Below, in pieces: positions 28,339 through 38,181 of a DNA stretch of 64,000 bases; positions within the stretch are counted from its first letter, which is position 1, and each line of letters starts with the position of its first letter. Position numbers and translations under genes: made by a program. Source of the stretch: Candidatus Altiarchaeia archaeon (GTDB lineage: Archaea > Altiarchaeota > Altiarchaeia > IMC4 > QMZM01); NCBI GenBank assembly GCA_049299895.1, contig JBAQYF010000019.1, forward strand, positions 71,709 through 135,708, written 5' to 3'. Below the pieces are notes generated by a model. It made no database searches. It saw nothing but the letters and a program-made list of their open reading frames with translations, and was not told where the DNA came from.

Positions 28339-28756
28339 CTATTTCAAAACCAAGATTCTCATGTAGCCGCTGGCTTCTTTCATTGGGTATGCGATCGCTC
28401 CGAGTACGGCATGTATCCCTCTTTTTCTTAAGTCATCCAGCAATGACGCATATAATAAAAAATCCGATGCCTTTTCCAACAAGATCATTCTTAAGGTATA
28501 TAGTTGATTCGACGGTGTAACGATAGGCGCATCGCCCCCTCCATCTACTGGCATACGCATAGCCGATCAATTTTCCATGGTCTAAATAAACATACCATGG
28601 AAATGAGGCAGTAACGTCTTTTATCCGTTCTCCCATCTCCCGGGAAGACACTGGATCTTCCTCAAAGATGATGCTTGTGTTCTTAACATAAAAGTTATAG
28701 ATATCGCATATCTGTTGGATATCCTCTTTTCTTACCTCTCTCACCCCCCGTTGCAT
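28339..28756 (-). pseudogene. GNAT N-acetyltransferase split by a frameshift
   Basis: ORF 28433-28756 carries the N-terminal GNAT half. The overlapping ORF 28339-28560 carries the C-terminal half (...RKRGIHAVLGAI...). Confidence 0.5.
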
Positions 28757-29137
28757 TAATATTCAATGCCTTGTGGTTCGGTGTTTCTCCTTTATTTTTC
28801 ATTCTTTTGCAAAGGGAATTTTGGAGGTTATTACGGTTCTTTCGCTTTCATATTCTAACCGGGCTATTACTTGCGAGTCTTAGGCTGTGTGCCAGTATTA
28901 TGAGTATTGCGTCTTGTCTTTGAGCGTTTTTTTCTGGCTCTTATGGCGCTGTCATATCGTCTTTTTATCATGCCGTTTACTGTTTCGCTTTTGCTTCCTG
29001 CCGGTATTACTCTTCGGGAAACGCTTTCTTTAGGCGATCGGTTCCCGGTAAGTCTAATGAGGGTTTAATAGATATTCAGGCAATCAAATAACATTGACGC
29101 ATGTCAATCAATCTCACCCATCGGGGGTTTTAGTAAG

Positions 29138-30244
29138 ATGAGCGAAGTGAGAGGGAACAGGGAGGAAGGCCAGAATGATGCGGAACGTTCTTCTTTTAGA
29201 GCCTCCAGCGTGTTTGAATCCTCAGGAGATGTTACTCCGCCTGCTTCGGGGATTTTTGCCGGCGTATTGGGCATAACGGCGCCTTTGATCGTTGGAGCGT
29301 TGATGGAACAACCAGGGGCGGGAATGATCGTTTCTCTCGGAGGTCTTGCGTTGAGCGGCAGCGGCTCTGTAGGCGCGTTCCGGGAGAGATTTTCTGATCT
29401 TGCCTGCGCTTTTGCCGCGACAAGCCTTGCTATTGCCTGCGGTGTTCTGGTGGCGGCAGATCTTTGGTTTTCCGTATTCTTAATACCGTTGATCGCTTTT
29501 TTCTCGGGGTTGTTCGGGGGGATCAGCCGGCCGCTTGCGCGGGCGTCGGGCCAGTTTATTGTCTTTATGATAATTGCCGCCGGTTTGAACGTGGGCGGCG
29601 GCGGTCTGGTCATTACGGTCTTGCTATTCTGCTTGGGGGCTGCCTGGACTGCGGTTTTATCATTGGTCTTGTATCCCGTTTTTCAGAATAGGGGAACCGG
29701 CGGCGTATATCAGCCTGCGAGAAGGCATACCGCAGAACAGTTGTTGAGCCGGTGGCGGCGTACGCTTGCGCATTTTGGCGGCTGGTTTTATCCCCTGAGG
29801 ATAGGCCTGTGCCTGCTTGTTGCAGGTTTCTTCCAGATGAACTGGCCTTACGGGCACGGTTACTGGATATTGATCACGGTTGCGATCGTCGTGCAGCGCA
29901 GTGTCCACGCGCTTTTGAAGCGGATGCTTCAGCGTGCGTTGGGGACGTTTGCAGGCATCCTTTTTGCAAGCATTTTTTTGTTCTGCGTTCCTCCTCTCTG
30001 GATTGTGATATTAGTCATCGGAGTATTGGCCGCCCTAAGGTCTGCGTACAAAGAGTCGAACTATGCCGCTTACTCGGCAGTTATGACTCTTCTTGTGTTG
30101 TTGCTGCTTGATTACGGCAAAGAGGCCGGTTTGGAGGTTATTATCGACCGTCTATTTTCCACTCTCACGGGTTGCGTAATCGCCCTGGTCTTTGGGTATT
30201 TGTTATGGCCCCGGTCTGTCGGAGAGGAGAAACCCTTAGAATAA
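29138..30244 (+). CDS. Polytopic membrane protein, FUSC/ArAE-like (aromatic acid exporter family) N-terminal module
   Basis: About 10 TM helices. The C-terminal DRLFSTLTGCVIALVFGYLLWP resembles the FUSC family signature. Confidence 0.45.
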   Translation: MSEVRGNREEGQNDAERSSFRASSVFESSGDVTPPASGIFAGVLGITAPLIVGALMEQPGAGMIVSLGGLALSGSGSVGAFRERFSDLACAFAATSLAIACGVLVAADLWFSVFLIPLIAFFSGLFGGISRPLARASGQFIVFMIIAAGLNVGGGGLVITVLLFCLGAAWTAVLSLVLYPVFQNRGTGGVYQPARRHTAEQLLSRWRRTLAHFGGWFYPLRIGLCLLVAGFFQMNWPYGHGYWILITVAIVVQRSVHALLKRMLQRALGTFAGILFASIFLFCVPPLWIVILVIGVLAALRSAYKESNYAAYSAVMTLLVLLLLDYGKEAGLEVIIDRLFSTLTGCVIALVFGYLLWPRSVGEEKPLE

Positions 30245-30442
30245 CCTTTATTAGCCGTCAGTGCCATATAGTAACGTGGATATATTATTTGCGAGACATT
30301 AACTGCTTTGGCCGCCCGGCTTACGTGCGCGGTCTTTTTTGCATGCCTTAGAATGGGTGCTGTTCAGACGGGATGCTTTCTTTTGTGAAGTATCTTCAGC
30401 CGCTTTTGTGTTTTATAAAAAAAGAGGTTATTTCAAAAAAAA

Positions 30443-31180
30443 ATGGATAAAGTGTTTTATGAAGTATTCGAGTCTTTGCCCAGGCAGGGTCCGGGCGACG
30501 ACTATTCAACAAAAAAGGCTTACATGAAATTGGCGCTCCCAAAGAAGCCCGACATCCTCGATATCGGATGCGGGTCCGGGAAGCAGACATTGGCCCTCGC
30601 GGCCCTGTCTGCGGGAAGCATAACGGCAGTCGACATACACAAGCCGTTCCTGGAATCCCTGAGAAGGGAATATAAAAAGGGCAAGTACCCTGCGAGAGTG
30701 AAGATAGAGGAAGGAGACATGTCGTCTCTTAAATACGCCGATGGGAGTTTCGACCTCATATGGTCCGAGGGATCTTGTTTCATCATGGGATTCCAAAACG
30801 CCATCGCATCATGGAGGAGGCTCCTGCGACCAGGGGGTTATCTTGTCGTAAGCGATCTCGTGTGGTTCCGCAAAAATCAGCCGAAAGAAGTTAGAGACTA
30901 CTTTGCAAAAATCTGCGTAGTTCGGTACTACAGGGACCTGTATGCGGAAATCGACTCCGCAGGATACGATCTTGTGCATTACTTCAAACTTCCGCACGAT
31001 TCCTGGTGGACAAGCTACTGCGTGCCGATGGAAAAGGAGGTAACGGAATTGGAGCACAAGTACCCGGCAGATGCCAAAGAGAGGGAGACATTGAATGCCC
31101 TGCAGGAGGAAATAGAGATCCACAGGAGATACCATAGTTACTACGGCTACGGCTTTTACCTGATGAGAAAACGGGATTGA
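30443..31180 (+). CDS. Class I SAM-dependent methyltransferase
   Basis: LDIGCGSGKQT is motif I. Motif II is the acidic residue (VD) following ITA. Rossmann fold. Confidence 0.8.
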   Translation: MDKVFYEVFESLPRQGPGDDYSTKKAYMKLALPKKPDILDIGCGSGKQTLALAALSAGSITAVDIHKPFLESLRREYKKGKYPARVKIEEGDMSSLKYADGSFDLIWSEGSCFIMGFQNAIASWRRLLRPGGYLVVSDLVWFRKNQPKEVRDYFAKICVVRYYRDLYAEIDSAGYDLVHYFKLPHDSWWTSYCVPMEKEVTELEHKYPADAKERETLNALQEEIEIHRRYHSYYGYGFYLMRKRD

Positions 31181-31290
31181 GGGACCAGGGGGGAGAAAAT
31201 AGGCATTGTATTCGAGGATCTTAGCGTGAGCTATTTAATCCCCCCTTTTTTATTATTTACGTAAAGAAGACGTAAGATTCCGAGGAACAC

Positions 31291-31800
31291 ATGAAAACAA
31301 AAAAAACACTCATAGTCTGCCAGTCTATCCATCATGGAAATACTATGAAAATAGCGGAAGTTCTTGCCGGTGAATTAAACGCGGAGATCAAAAAGCCTTC
31401 CGAAGTAGAAAATGAAGGATTAGAGGGATATGATCTGATCGGTTTCGGTTCGGGGATATACGACGATAAGCATCATGTCAGTTTGCTTAATCTCGCGGAC
31501 AGGTTGCCGGATGGTGCAGGCAAAAAAGCGTTTATCTTTTCAACCAGCGGGGCGCCTGTTGCCATACTGGGAAATAAGTTTTTAAGCAATTATTCGGCAA
31601 AAGCTCACGCCCCGCTCAAAAACAAGCTGGAATCCAGGGGTTACAGGATACTTGGCGATCTTATCCTGCCGGGCTTTAATACCAATAGTTTTCTTAAATA
31701 TTTCGGCGGGTTGAACAAGAACAGGCCGGATCACAAAGATATCGAGAGGGCAAAAGTATTCGCATCGAAAATATCGGAAGTTTTTAAAAATACTCCGTAA
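31291..31800 (+). CDS. Flavodoxin-like fold protein
   Basis: KKTLIVCQSIHHGNTMKIAEVLAGEL...YDLIGFGSGIY is the flavodoxin-like NAD(P)H-dependent FMN reductase pattern. Confidence 0.65.
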   Translation: MKTKKTLIVCQSIHHGNTMKIAEVLAGELNAEIKKPSEVENEGLEGYDLIGFGSGIYDDKHHVSLLNLADRLPDGAGKKAFIFSTSGAPVAILGNKFLSNYSAKAHAPLKNKLESRGYRILGDLILPGFNTNSFLKYFGGLNKNRPDHKDIERAKVFASKISEVFKNTP

Positions 31801-31903
31801 AAACAAAGATTATACCCTTGGCTGTGCCGAGATCCCGCTTCGTCCGGATATCATTGATTTTTTATGCCTTCAATTCGTTTATTAAACTGCCGGCGACCGA
31901 AAG

Positions 31904-32248
31904 ATGAAAGATTTCCCAGATTTCATGAAGAACAAAAAGAACGCGATAGCAGAAGGCAGCCAGAGCAGCGGAATAGAGGGCTACGTTTATGACGGCGCAG
32001 ACGGGAGCCAGATGATACACTGGACGTGCGGTGCGGACGGCGTATCAAAAGAGCATGCGCACAATTACGACGAATACATGGTTGTCGTATCCGGCAGATA
32101 CGACATGCTGATCGGCGGGAAAAAGACAGGCCTTGCTGCCGGCGACGAATATTATATACCAAAAGGCGTCCCGCACGCGGGCGCATTCATCGCGGGGACG
32201 AGAACCATCCACTGCTTCGGGGGGAAGAGGGCGGAAAGGAAAGGCTAA
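31904..32248 (+). CDS. Cupin-domain protein
   Basis: Small beta-barrel protein with HxH...E...H-like spacing (HAHNYDEYMVVVSGRYDMLIGGK...GVPHAG). Confidence 0.6.
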   Translation: MKDFPDFMKNKKNAIAEGSQSSGIEGYVYDGADGSQMIHWTCGADGVSKEHAHNYDEYMVVVSGRYDMLIGGKKTGLAAGDEYYIPKGVPHAGAFIAGTRTIHCFGGKRAERKG

Positions 32249-32916
32249 GGTTCTATGAGGCCGTCTTTCAACCTGATCACCCGGTCGAATTTCGTATGCG
32301 CAAGATGCCATTCCTCGTGCGTGACCATCACTATCGTCTGGCTGTATTCCAGGTTGAAGTTCTTGAAGAGGTCCAGTATGTGCTTCGACGATTCGCTGTC
32401 GAGGTTCGCGCAAGGCTCGTCCGCGTAGAGTATCTTGGGTTTGTGCACAAGCGCCCGGGCGATCGACACGCGTTGCTGCTGCCCGCCCGACAGTTCCGCA
32501 GGCAGGTGGTCCGTTCTCCCGGAGAGGCCGACTACTCCGAGGATCTTTTCTGCTTCCTGCGCGCATCTTTTCTTTGATGCTCCCTGCATGAGGAGAGGAA
32601 GGTATACATTTTCCAGAGCCGTGAGTTCCGGCAGAAGCGCGTAGTCCTGGAATACGTAGCCAAGGTTCTTCAGGCGGAAGTCTATTTTTTTCTTGTCGGA
32701 AAGAGCGCAGGTATGGACCCCGTCCAATATGACGTCTCCGTTCGTCGGTTTGTCGAGTATCCCGAGCTGGTGGAGCAAAGTGCTTTTACCGCTTCCGGAT
32801 GGTCCCATCAACGCTACGTATTCCCCTTTGTCGATTGAGAGGTTCACTCCTTTAAGAGCTTCCAATCTTGTTTTCCCCATTATATAAGTCTTTGTAACGT
32901 CTACTGCATCTATCAA
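32245..32916 (-). CDS. ABC transporter ATP-binding protein (MacB/LolD-type)
   Basis: Walker A GPSGSGKST. Signature LSGGQQQRVSIARAL. Walker B ILYADEP. H-loop present. Confidence 0.9.
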   Translation of the reverse strand: MIDAVDVTKTYIMGKTRLEALKGVNLSIDKGEYVALMGPSGSGKSTLLHQLGILDKPTNGDVILDGVHTCALSDKKKIDFRLKNLGYVFQDYALLPELTALENVYLPLLMQGASKKRCAQEAEKILGVVGLSGRTDHLPAELSGGQQQRVSIARALVHKPKILYADEPCANLDSESSKHILDLFKNFNLEYSQTIVMVTHEEWHLAHTKFDRVIRLKDGLIEP

Positions 32917-32920
32917 GTTC

Positions 32921-34117
32921 TCACCCCCTGATCAGATCTAGTGCATCCCTTTTGGCCATCTGGTAAGCCGGGATCGCCGAGCCTATTACCGCCGCGATGA
33001 ATAGCAGGGACGCCCTACCGATTGCTTCCGAGTCGGATAGCTGCAGGCTGATATTGCCTATCGGAAAGGGTATCGGGTGTTCTTTTGTATAAGGCGATAG
33101 AACGTACTGCATGAAGGAATATCCGAGGATCATCCCGAGCAAGGCATAGAACGCCGCCTGGAAGATGAATGACATGATTATCGCATCCCTGTCTATGCCT
33201 ATTGCCTTTTCCACGCCTATCTGGCGCTTCTTTCCGACGATGCTGACGAATATGACGACGAATATCACTATGAATGCTACGATGATGCCTATCAGGCTGA
33301 ATATGTCCCTGATCCTGCTTAACGTGTCTTCTATCATCCTGAGTATCCCCGCATAGTCTCTCCAGGTACGGATCTCTTCTCTTACGCCCGCAGACATGAG
33401 CTGAATCCTTGCGCCTTCTGCCGCCAGGCCCGACGTAGTCTTGAGCGCTATTTCGTTTGCCGCATCCTCCGTTCCGAGCACCTCTTCAAGGTCTTTTATG
33501 TTGACGTATGCGGCTGCGTCTGATGCAAAAAAATTTGTTGTGTATATTCCTTTGACGCGAAAGTCCTTTGTTATCCCGCCCATCGAGAGGGACACGGTAT
33601 CGCCGACTACAACTCCGCCGAGGGACCTTGCTTCCATCAGGGCTCCGTACCCGCCGGAAACCTCGCGGCCGAGGACTATCTCGTCCCGGTCGAGGCGGCT
33701 TATGAATTCGCCCGACAGGACGGAGGAGTGTATCTTTGTCACGGAGGATTCGTCCCTTGCGTCAACGCCGTAGACGGTCACTCCGGTGTTCTTGTCTTTG
33801 TAGTACACCGAGGCCTGTGTCTTCAGCCTGGGAGAGACCCCGAGGACATAGGGCAGATGTTCAAGCTTCGCCTTCAAGCCGGATACGCCGTCTATATAAC
33901 GAGCCCCGACACCGGGCTCTATCATGACGTTGCCGGTCTGGTAGTCTATCATCTGCTCATTGAATTTTGCGGTCACGCCCCCAAGGATGCTCGAAACGAA
34001 TACTATCTGGAGGTAGACGAGCGACAGCACGAATACCGTGAACACGTTTATCCCGACGCTTCCCCTTTGGACCGACCTGTATGCGAGGAAGGACGCGACC
34101 CGCAGCCGAGAGAACAT
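32921..34117 (-). CDS. ABC transporter permease, FtsX/MacB-like (4 TM with large extracytoplasmic domain)
   Basis: N-terminal TM, an approximately 230-aa extracytoplasmic domain, then a 3-TM FtsX-like C-terminus. Probable start MFSRLRVASF. Confidence 0.75.
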   Translation of the reverse strand: MFSRLRVASFLAYRSVQRGSVGINVFTVFVLSLVYLQIVFVSSILGGVTAKFNEQMIDYQTGNVMIEPGVGARYIDGVSGLKAKLEHLPYVLGVSPRLKTQASVYYKDKNTGVTVYGVDARDESSVTKIHSSVLSGEFISRLDRDEIVLGREVSGGYGALMEARSLGGVVVGDTVSLSMGGITKDFRVKGIYTTNFFASDAAAYVNIKDLEEVLGTEDAANEIALKTTSGLAAEGARIQLMSAGVREEIRTWRDYAGILRMIEDTLSRIRDIFSLIGIIVAFIVIFVVIFVSIVGKKRQIGVEKAIGIDRDAIIMSFIFQAAFYALLGMILGYSFMQYVLSPYTKEHPIPFPIGNISLQLSDSEAIGRASLLFIAAVIGSAIPAYQMAKRDALDLIRG

Positions 34118-34121
34118 TTTT

Positions 34122-35294
34122 TTACTTCCTGCGAATAAACAGAAGGACCAGGGCAATGACGGCGACTGCTGCGACTACGGCGATATATCCCGTATTCCCG
34201 CCGCTCTTCTCCAACACGCGCACCGGGATAACCTCTTCCAGGACGTGGGGGCCTAAGCCGTCCTCGTAGCGTATCTCCAGAGAGTAACTGTGATTTCCCG
34301 GAGCTTTCGGAACGTAGGAGAACACCGCAGGAGCATCGTCGTCGGGCTTGAGCTTGCCGAGGTAGGAAACAAGGCTTGTTCCGTCCGGCAGAGACAGCGT
34401 CGCACGCACATTCTCCGCATCCCCGTCCCCCATGTTCTCGACGCGCATCTGTATCTCCGCAGGTTCGCCCGCAACGAATCCGGCGTCCGGAGACCTTTTC
34501 AGGCTTTCTATCCCGAGTTTTGCGGGGTTCTCGACCATCACGCCTATCTGCCCGGCGGATGAATAGCTCTTGCCTCTCTCGTCCACGTAAGACACTTGGA
34601 GCGGTATCGAATACGAACCGGTCGCAACTGATTCGTCGACGACAAAAGACAACTCCAGCAACGTCTCGTTCCCCGGAGGCAGGGATTCTATGACCTTCTG
34701 GCCCGCACCGAGTATTATGAATTTATCGGAAGAAGCGGACACTTTAACGTTCCTCGCAGTGCCGGTGCCGATGTTTCTGTAAGACGCGCGGACGGAAAAA
34801 ACGCCCCCCGAACTGCCGGCCGATCCCATCGCAGGAACATTGTAGACCACGTCCGGGACCCCTACGACTTTTACGTTTATATCATACTCCCGCTCGATTG
34901 CGCCGCGCGATATTTTCACCGTTAGGGGGTACACACCTGACACTGCGCCCGCATCCACCGCAAGGTAATAAGCGTAGTCCTTGGAGCATCCCATGCATAT
35001 CTGCGGCTCGTCCATGTTGCGACCGGTCTTCAGGTAAAAGGGGTACTTCACGTCCAGGGAAACGATAGCGTTATCCATGCTTGCGTTCCCGTAGCCCGGG
35101 ACGCCGTATATGTAGTCGTTATAGACGCGGACCTTCACTGTCACGTCCCGGCCCGGCTCTACCGGTTCGGGAGAAACCTCTTCTGAGACTACCCGCATGG
35201 ACGGAGAATCCTTTATCAACGCGTCCGCCTCCGAGTACGCAGTGAGCGCAAAAAGCGCAGCCAGCAAAAATACAAATAAAACAGGGTTTTTCAT
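34122..35294 (-). CDS. Secreted, C-terminally anchored beta-sandwich surface protein (COG1361/CARDB-like), third module partner
   Basis: Signal peptide MKNPVLFVFLLAALFALTAYS. C-terminal TM (YIAVVAAVAVIALVLLFIRRK). Same architecture as the two COG1361-like paralogs, and first gene of the ABC cluster. Confidence 0.55.
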   Translation of the reverse strand: MKNPVLFVFLLAALFALTAYSEADALIKDSPSMRVVSEEVSPEPVEPGRDVTVKVRVYNDYIYGVPGYGNASMDNAIVSLDVKYPFYLKTGRNMDEPQICMGCSKDYAYYLAVDAGAVSGVYPLTVKISRGAIEREYDINVKVVGVPDVVYNVPAMGSAGSSGGVFSVRASYRNIGTGTARNVKVSASSDKFIILGAGQKVIESLPPGNETLLELSFVVDESVATGSYSIPLQVSYVDERGKSYSSAGQIGVMVENPAKLGIESLKRSPDAGFVAGEPAEIQMRVENMGDGDAENVRATLSLPDGTSLVSYLGKLKPDDDAPAVFSYVPKAPGNHSYSLEIRYEDGLGPHVLEEVIPVRVLEKSGGNTGYIAVVAAVAVIALVLLFIRRK

Positions 35295-35408
35295 TTTTTA
35301 ATGTAAACAACCAATTAGTTGTTTATAATAGAAAAAGATGAGTTAATAAGCCACAGCACACAGAAAAGAACCAAGAGACGGTTTATTTGCAATGCGCAGC
35401 AAAGAGAC

Positions 35409-36236
35409 ATGGACAACAAAAAGCTCCTACAGGACATCGGGCTGAACAAATATGAAGCCGCATCGTACCTGTTCCTTGCGGAAAACGGCGTAAGCGACGC
35501 GAACACGGTGAGCGAATGCGCAAACGTCCCGCTTGGAAAGATGTATGCGACGCTGACCAGCCTGAAATCCATGGGGCTTATCGAAGTGCAGGAGAGCCGC
35601 CCGAAAAAGTATAAGGCGATCCCTCCGGAAAAGGCCTTTAAAGAGGTCTACGAACAGAAGAAAAAAGACTCCGAAAAAGAGCTGGGGAGATACCGGGAAA
35701 CCATCGAGAAACTGAGAAAAGATATCAGGCCCGAAAAGAAAGGAAAGGAGCCGGACACATTCTGGACGCTCCTCACAGCCGACAAAGAAAGGGTCGCGGC
35801 CCTGAAGAATGTGATAGACGAATGCGAAAAAGAGTTCTGCTTCCTGATGCCGGCAAAGGTCATCAGGCGCAGAGGAATAGTCGAAGAAGTCGCGCCAAGG
35901 ATCACAAGACACTTCTTCAGCAATATCAAGTCGGGCGTGAGAGCGAGAATAATCTTCCCGGAAAAAGAGTTCATAAGAGAAAAACATCCGCTACCGGACG
36001 ATGCGGACCTCTCCAAGGTGGAGGCAAGGATCCTCCCGAGCGAGAACGGCTATTACCTGGTGGACAACAAGCTGGTGATGATCCCGGTATTCGATCCCTC
36101 CGAGGAGAACAGCATATTCGGGATGATAAAGATAAGCGACTCGAATTATGCATCAAGGGTTAAAAAGAGGTTCGAGGAAGCATGGAAGAAAGCAGCGCCC
36201 ATAGACCTTGAAAAGGAATTGGGCAGGGAGCAATAA
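35409..36236 (+). CDS. TrmB-family transcriptional regulator
   Basis: N-terminal TrmB HTH (LLQDIGLNKYEAASYLFLAENGVSDANTVSECANVPLGKMYATLTSLKSMGLIEV). It is divergent from the COG1361-ABC cluster. The inverted repeat TAAACAAC-caatta-GTTGTTTA at 35304-35325 lies in the shared promoter. Confidence 0.75.
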   Translation: MDNKKLLQDIGLNKYEAASYLFLAENGVSDANTVSECANVPLGKMYATLTSLKSMGLIEVQESRPKKYKAIPPEKAFKEVYEQKKKDSEKELGRYRETIEKLRKDIRPEKKGKEPDTFWTLLTADKERVAALKNVIDECEKEFCFLMPAKVIRRRGIVEEVAPRITRHFFSNIKSGVRARIIFPEKEFIREKHPLPDDADLSKVEARILPSENGYYLVDNKLVMIPVFDPSEENSIFGMIKISDSNYASRVKKRFEEAWKKAAPIDLEKELGREQ

Positions 36237-36408
36237 ACCGGCAGGTGATAAAAAATGAGTTGCTATATGCGGCATTTAACGGACATAATAGAGGAGCTTG
36301 GGATAGAAAATAACATAGACACGCGCAGGATAATCGACCGGCAGATCCGCTCGATACTGAAAAAACAGGACGCTAATTGTCCGGAGGTCTGGAAGGACGT
36401 AAAGGAGA

Positions 36409-37245
36409 TCATACATGACCCGGAACAGAAGAAGAAACTTGTATCGGAGCTGAGAAAGACATTATCCAAAGGTTGATTGCGCCCTCCATATAGAGGACCG
36501 CCTTCCCGGACAAGAGGACCCGGTCACCCATGTCCTTGCATAATATCTCTCCGCCTCTTTTTGAAAGCTGGATTGCCCGCATCTCCTTTTTTCCAAGCTT
36601 TTTGGACCAGTAAGGCGCAAGTTCGCAATGTGATGAACCAGTCACGGGGTCTTCGTTTATCCCGTACTTCGGGACAAAGAATCTGGACACAAAATCCGCA
36701 TCTTTGCCTTTGGCCGTGACTGCAACGCCTCTTAGATCCAGTTTTTTTAGCAGTTCCATGTCTGGTTCAATGTTCTTTACGCAGGATTCATCAGGCAATA
36801 CGACAATGTAGTCTGCGGCCTTCAATACCTGCACGGGTTCGTAATCCAATGCTGAAAGCAGTTCTTTGGGCGCAATGCATTCTATGGGCGCCTGCGACGG
36901 GAAATCCATTACAAGCAGATCGTCTTCCTTTTTCACTTTGAGTACGCCGCTTCTCGTATCAAACACGACCTCTTTAAGGGACGTGTCTATGTGGTTGAAA
37001 ATAACGTATGCGGATGCAAGGGTCGCATGGCCGCAGAGGTCTATCTCTGAAAAGGGGGTGAACCACCTGAGAAGGTACCTGCCATTTGATCCCGTGAAGA
37101 ACGCAGTCTCAGGCAGATTGTTCTCAGCAGCTATTGATTGCAGGGTTACATCAGGGATGGATCCTTCCAGGGGGCATACGCCCGCCTGATTTCCGGAAAA
37201 CAATTCCTCTGCGAATGCATCGACATAGTAAACCTTTATTTTCAT
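36409..37245 (-). CDS. PhzF-family (phenazine biosynthesis-like) isomerase
   Basis: MKIKVYYVDAFAEELFSGNQAGVCPLEG...PETAFF...DLCGHATLASA is the PhzF/DAP-epimerase-fold signature. Confidence 0.8.
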   Translation of the reverse strand: MKIKVYYVDAFAEELFSGNQAGVCPLEGSIPDVTLQSIAAENNLPETAFFTGSNGRYLLRWFTPFSEIDLCGHATLASAYVIFNHIDTSLKEVVFDTRSGVLKVKKEDDLLVMDFPSQAPIECIAPKELLSALDYEPVQVLKAADYIVVLPDESCVKNIEPDMELLKKLDLRGVAVTAKGKDADFVSRFFVPKYGINEDPVTGSSHCELAPYWSKKLGKKEMRAIQLSKRGGEILCKDMGDRVLLSGKAVLYMEGAINLWIMSFSAPIQVSSSVPGHV

Positions 37246-37307
37246 ATATTTATTATTTTGAAAAGCATAACTAAAATAGGATGATTCCTTGAGGCACGAT
37301 AATCGAT

Positions 37308-38177
37308 ATGAAATACATACAGGCTAAATCCCTTCTTTCACCGCTTAAGGAGGACCCGTTCTTCGGCTTATCCTACAGCATGAACCTGTACCGGGGCTGC
37401 CAGCACCAGTGCATATACTGCGACTCCAGGAGCACATGCTACGGCATAAAGGATTTTACGCAGATAGAAGTAAAAGAGAATGCAATCGCCCTCCTGGAAA
37501 AAGAGCTGCACAAGAAAAAGAGAGGGACGATCGGGACCGGCTCTATGAACGATTGCTACATGCCCCTTGAAAAAGAACTGGGAATGACGAGAAGAGCGCT
37601 TGAAATAATCGCAAAGCATAAGTTCCCCGTGCACGTTCTGACAAAGAGCGATTACGTTACGAGGGATATCGACCTGCTTAAAGAGATAAGCAATGTTTAT
37701 GCCGCTGTCTCATTCACGGTAACAGCGGCTTCGGACGGCATGTCTTCAAAAATAGAGCCCTGCGCCCCTGTTTCTTCGAGGCGCTTTGCGGCGGTAAAAA
37801 GATTCGCTGATGAAAACATCTATACGGGAATAATCCTGACCCCGGTCCTGCCTTACATAACGGATACTGAGGAGAACATCAGGGCGATCGTCGAAAAAGC
37901 GGCTGATGCGGGAGCAAAATATATCCTCTGCTGGACTGGAATGACTATCAGGGAGGGGCAGAGAGAATATTTCTATGAAAAACTTGATGAGCTCTTCCCG
38001 GGCTTGAAAAAGAAATACATAGAGCGTTATGGGAATTCTTACGGCTGCTCAGTTCCCGATCACGAGAAGCTGGAAAAAGCATTCAAGGAAGAATGCAGGA
38101 AACATGATATCGCGACCCGGATGAAGTTTTACGTTCCGGGAGAGGACAATAGGAAACTTTCGGAGTATATTGGATAA
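37308..38177 (+). CDS. Radical SAM protein, SplB-like (COG1533 DNA-repair photolyase family)
   Basis: CxxxCxxC cluster motif CQHQCIYCDS near the N-terminus. Overall COG1533 layout. Confidence 0.7.
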   Translation: MKYIQAKSLLSPLKEDPFFGLSYSMNLYRGCQHQCIYCDSRSTCYGIKDFTQIEVKENAIALLEKELHKKKRGTIGTGSMNDCYMPLEKELGMTRRALEIIAKHKFPVHVLTKSDYVTRDIDLLKEISNVYAAVSFTVTAASDGMSSKIEPCAPVSSRRFAAVKRFADENIYTGIILTPVLPYITDTEENIRAIVEKAADAGAKYILCWTGMTIREGQREYFYEKLDELFPGLKKKYIERYGNSYGCSVPDHEKLEKAFKEECRKHDIATRMKFYVPGEDNRKLSEYIG

Positions 38178-38181
38178 CCGG

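Noticed and set aside
32026-32577. 183-aa and 173-aa Arg-rich ORFs
   Set aside because: They overlap the ABC ATPase gene, which has canonical Walker, signature and H-loop motifs. They are alternative-frame artefacts of GC-rich coding DNA.
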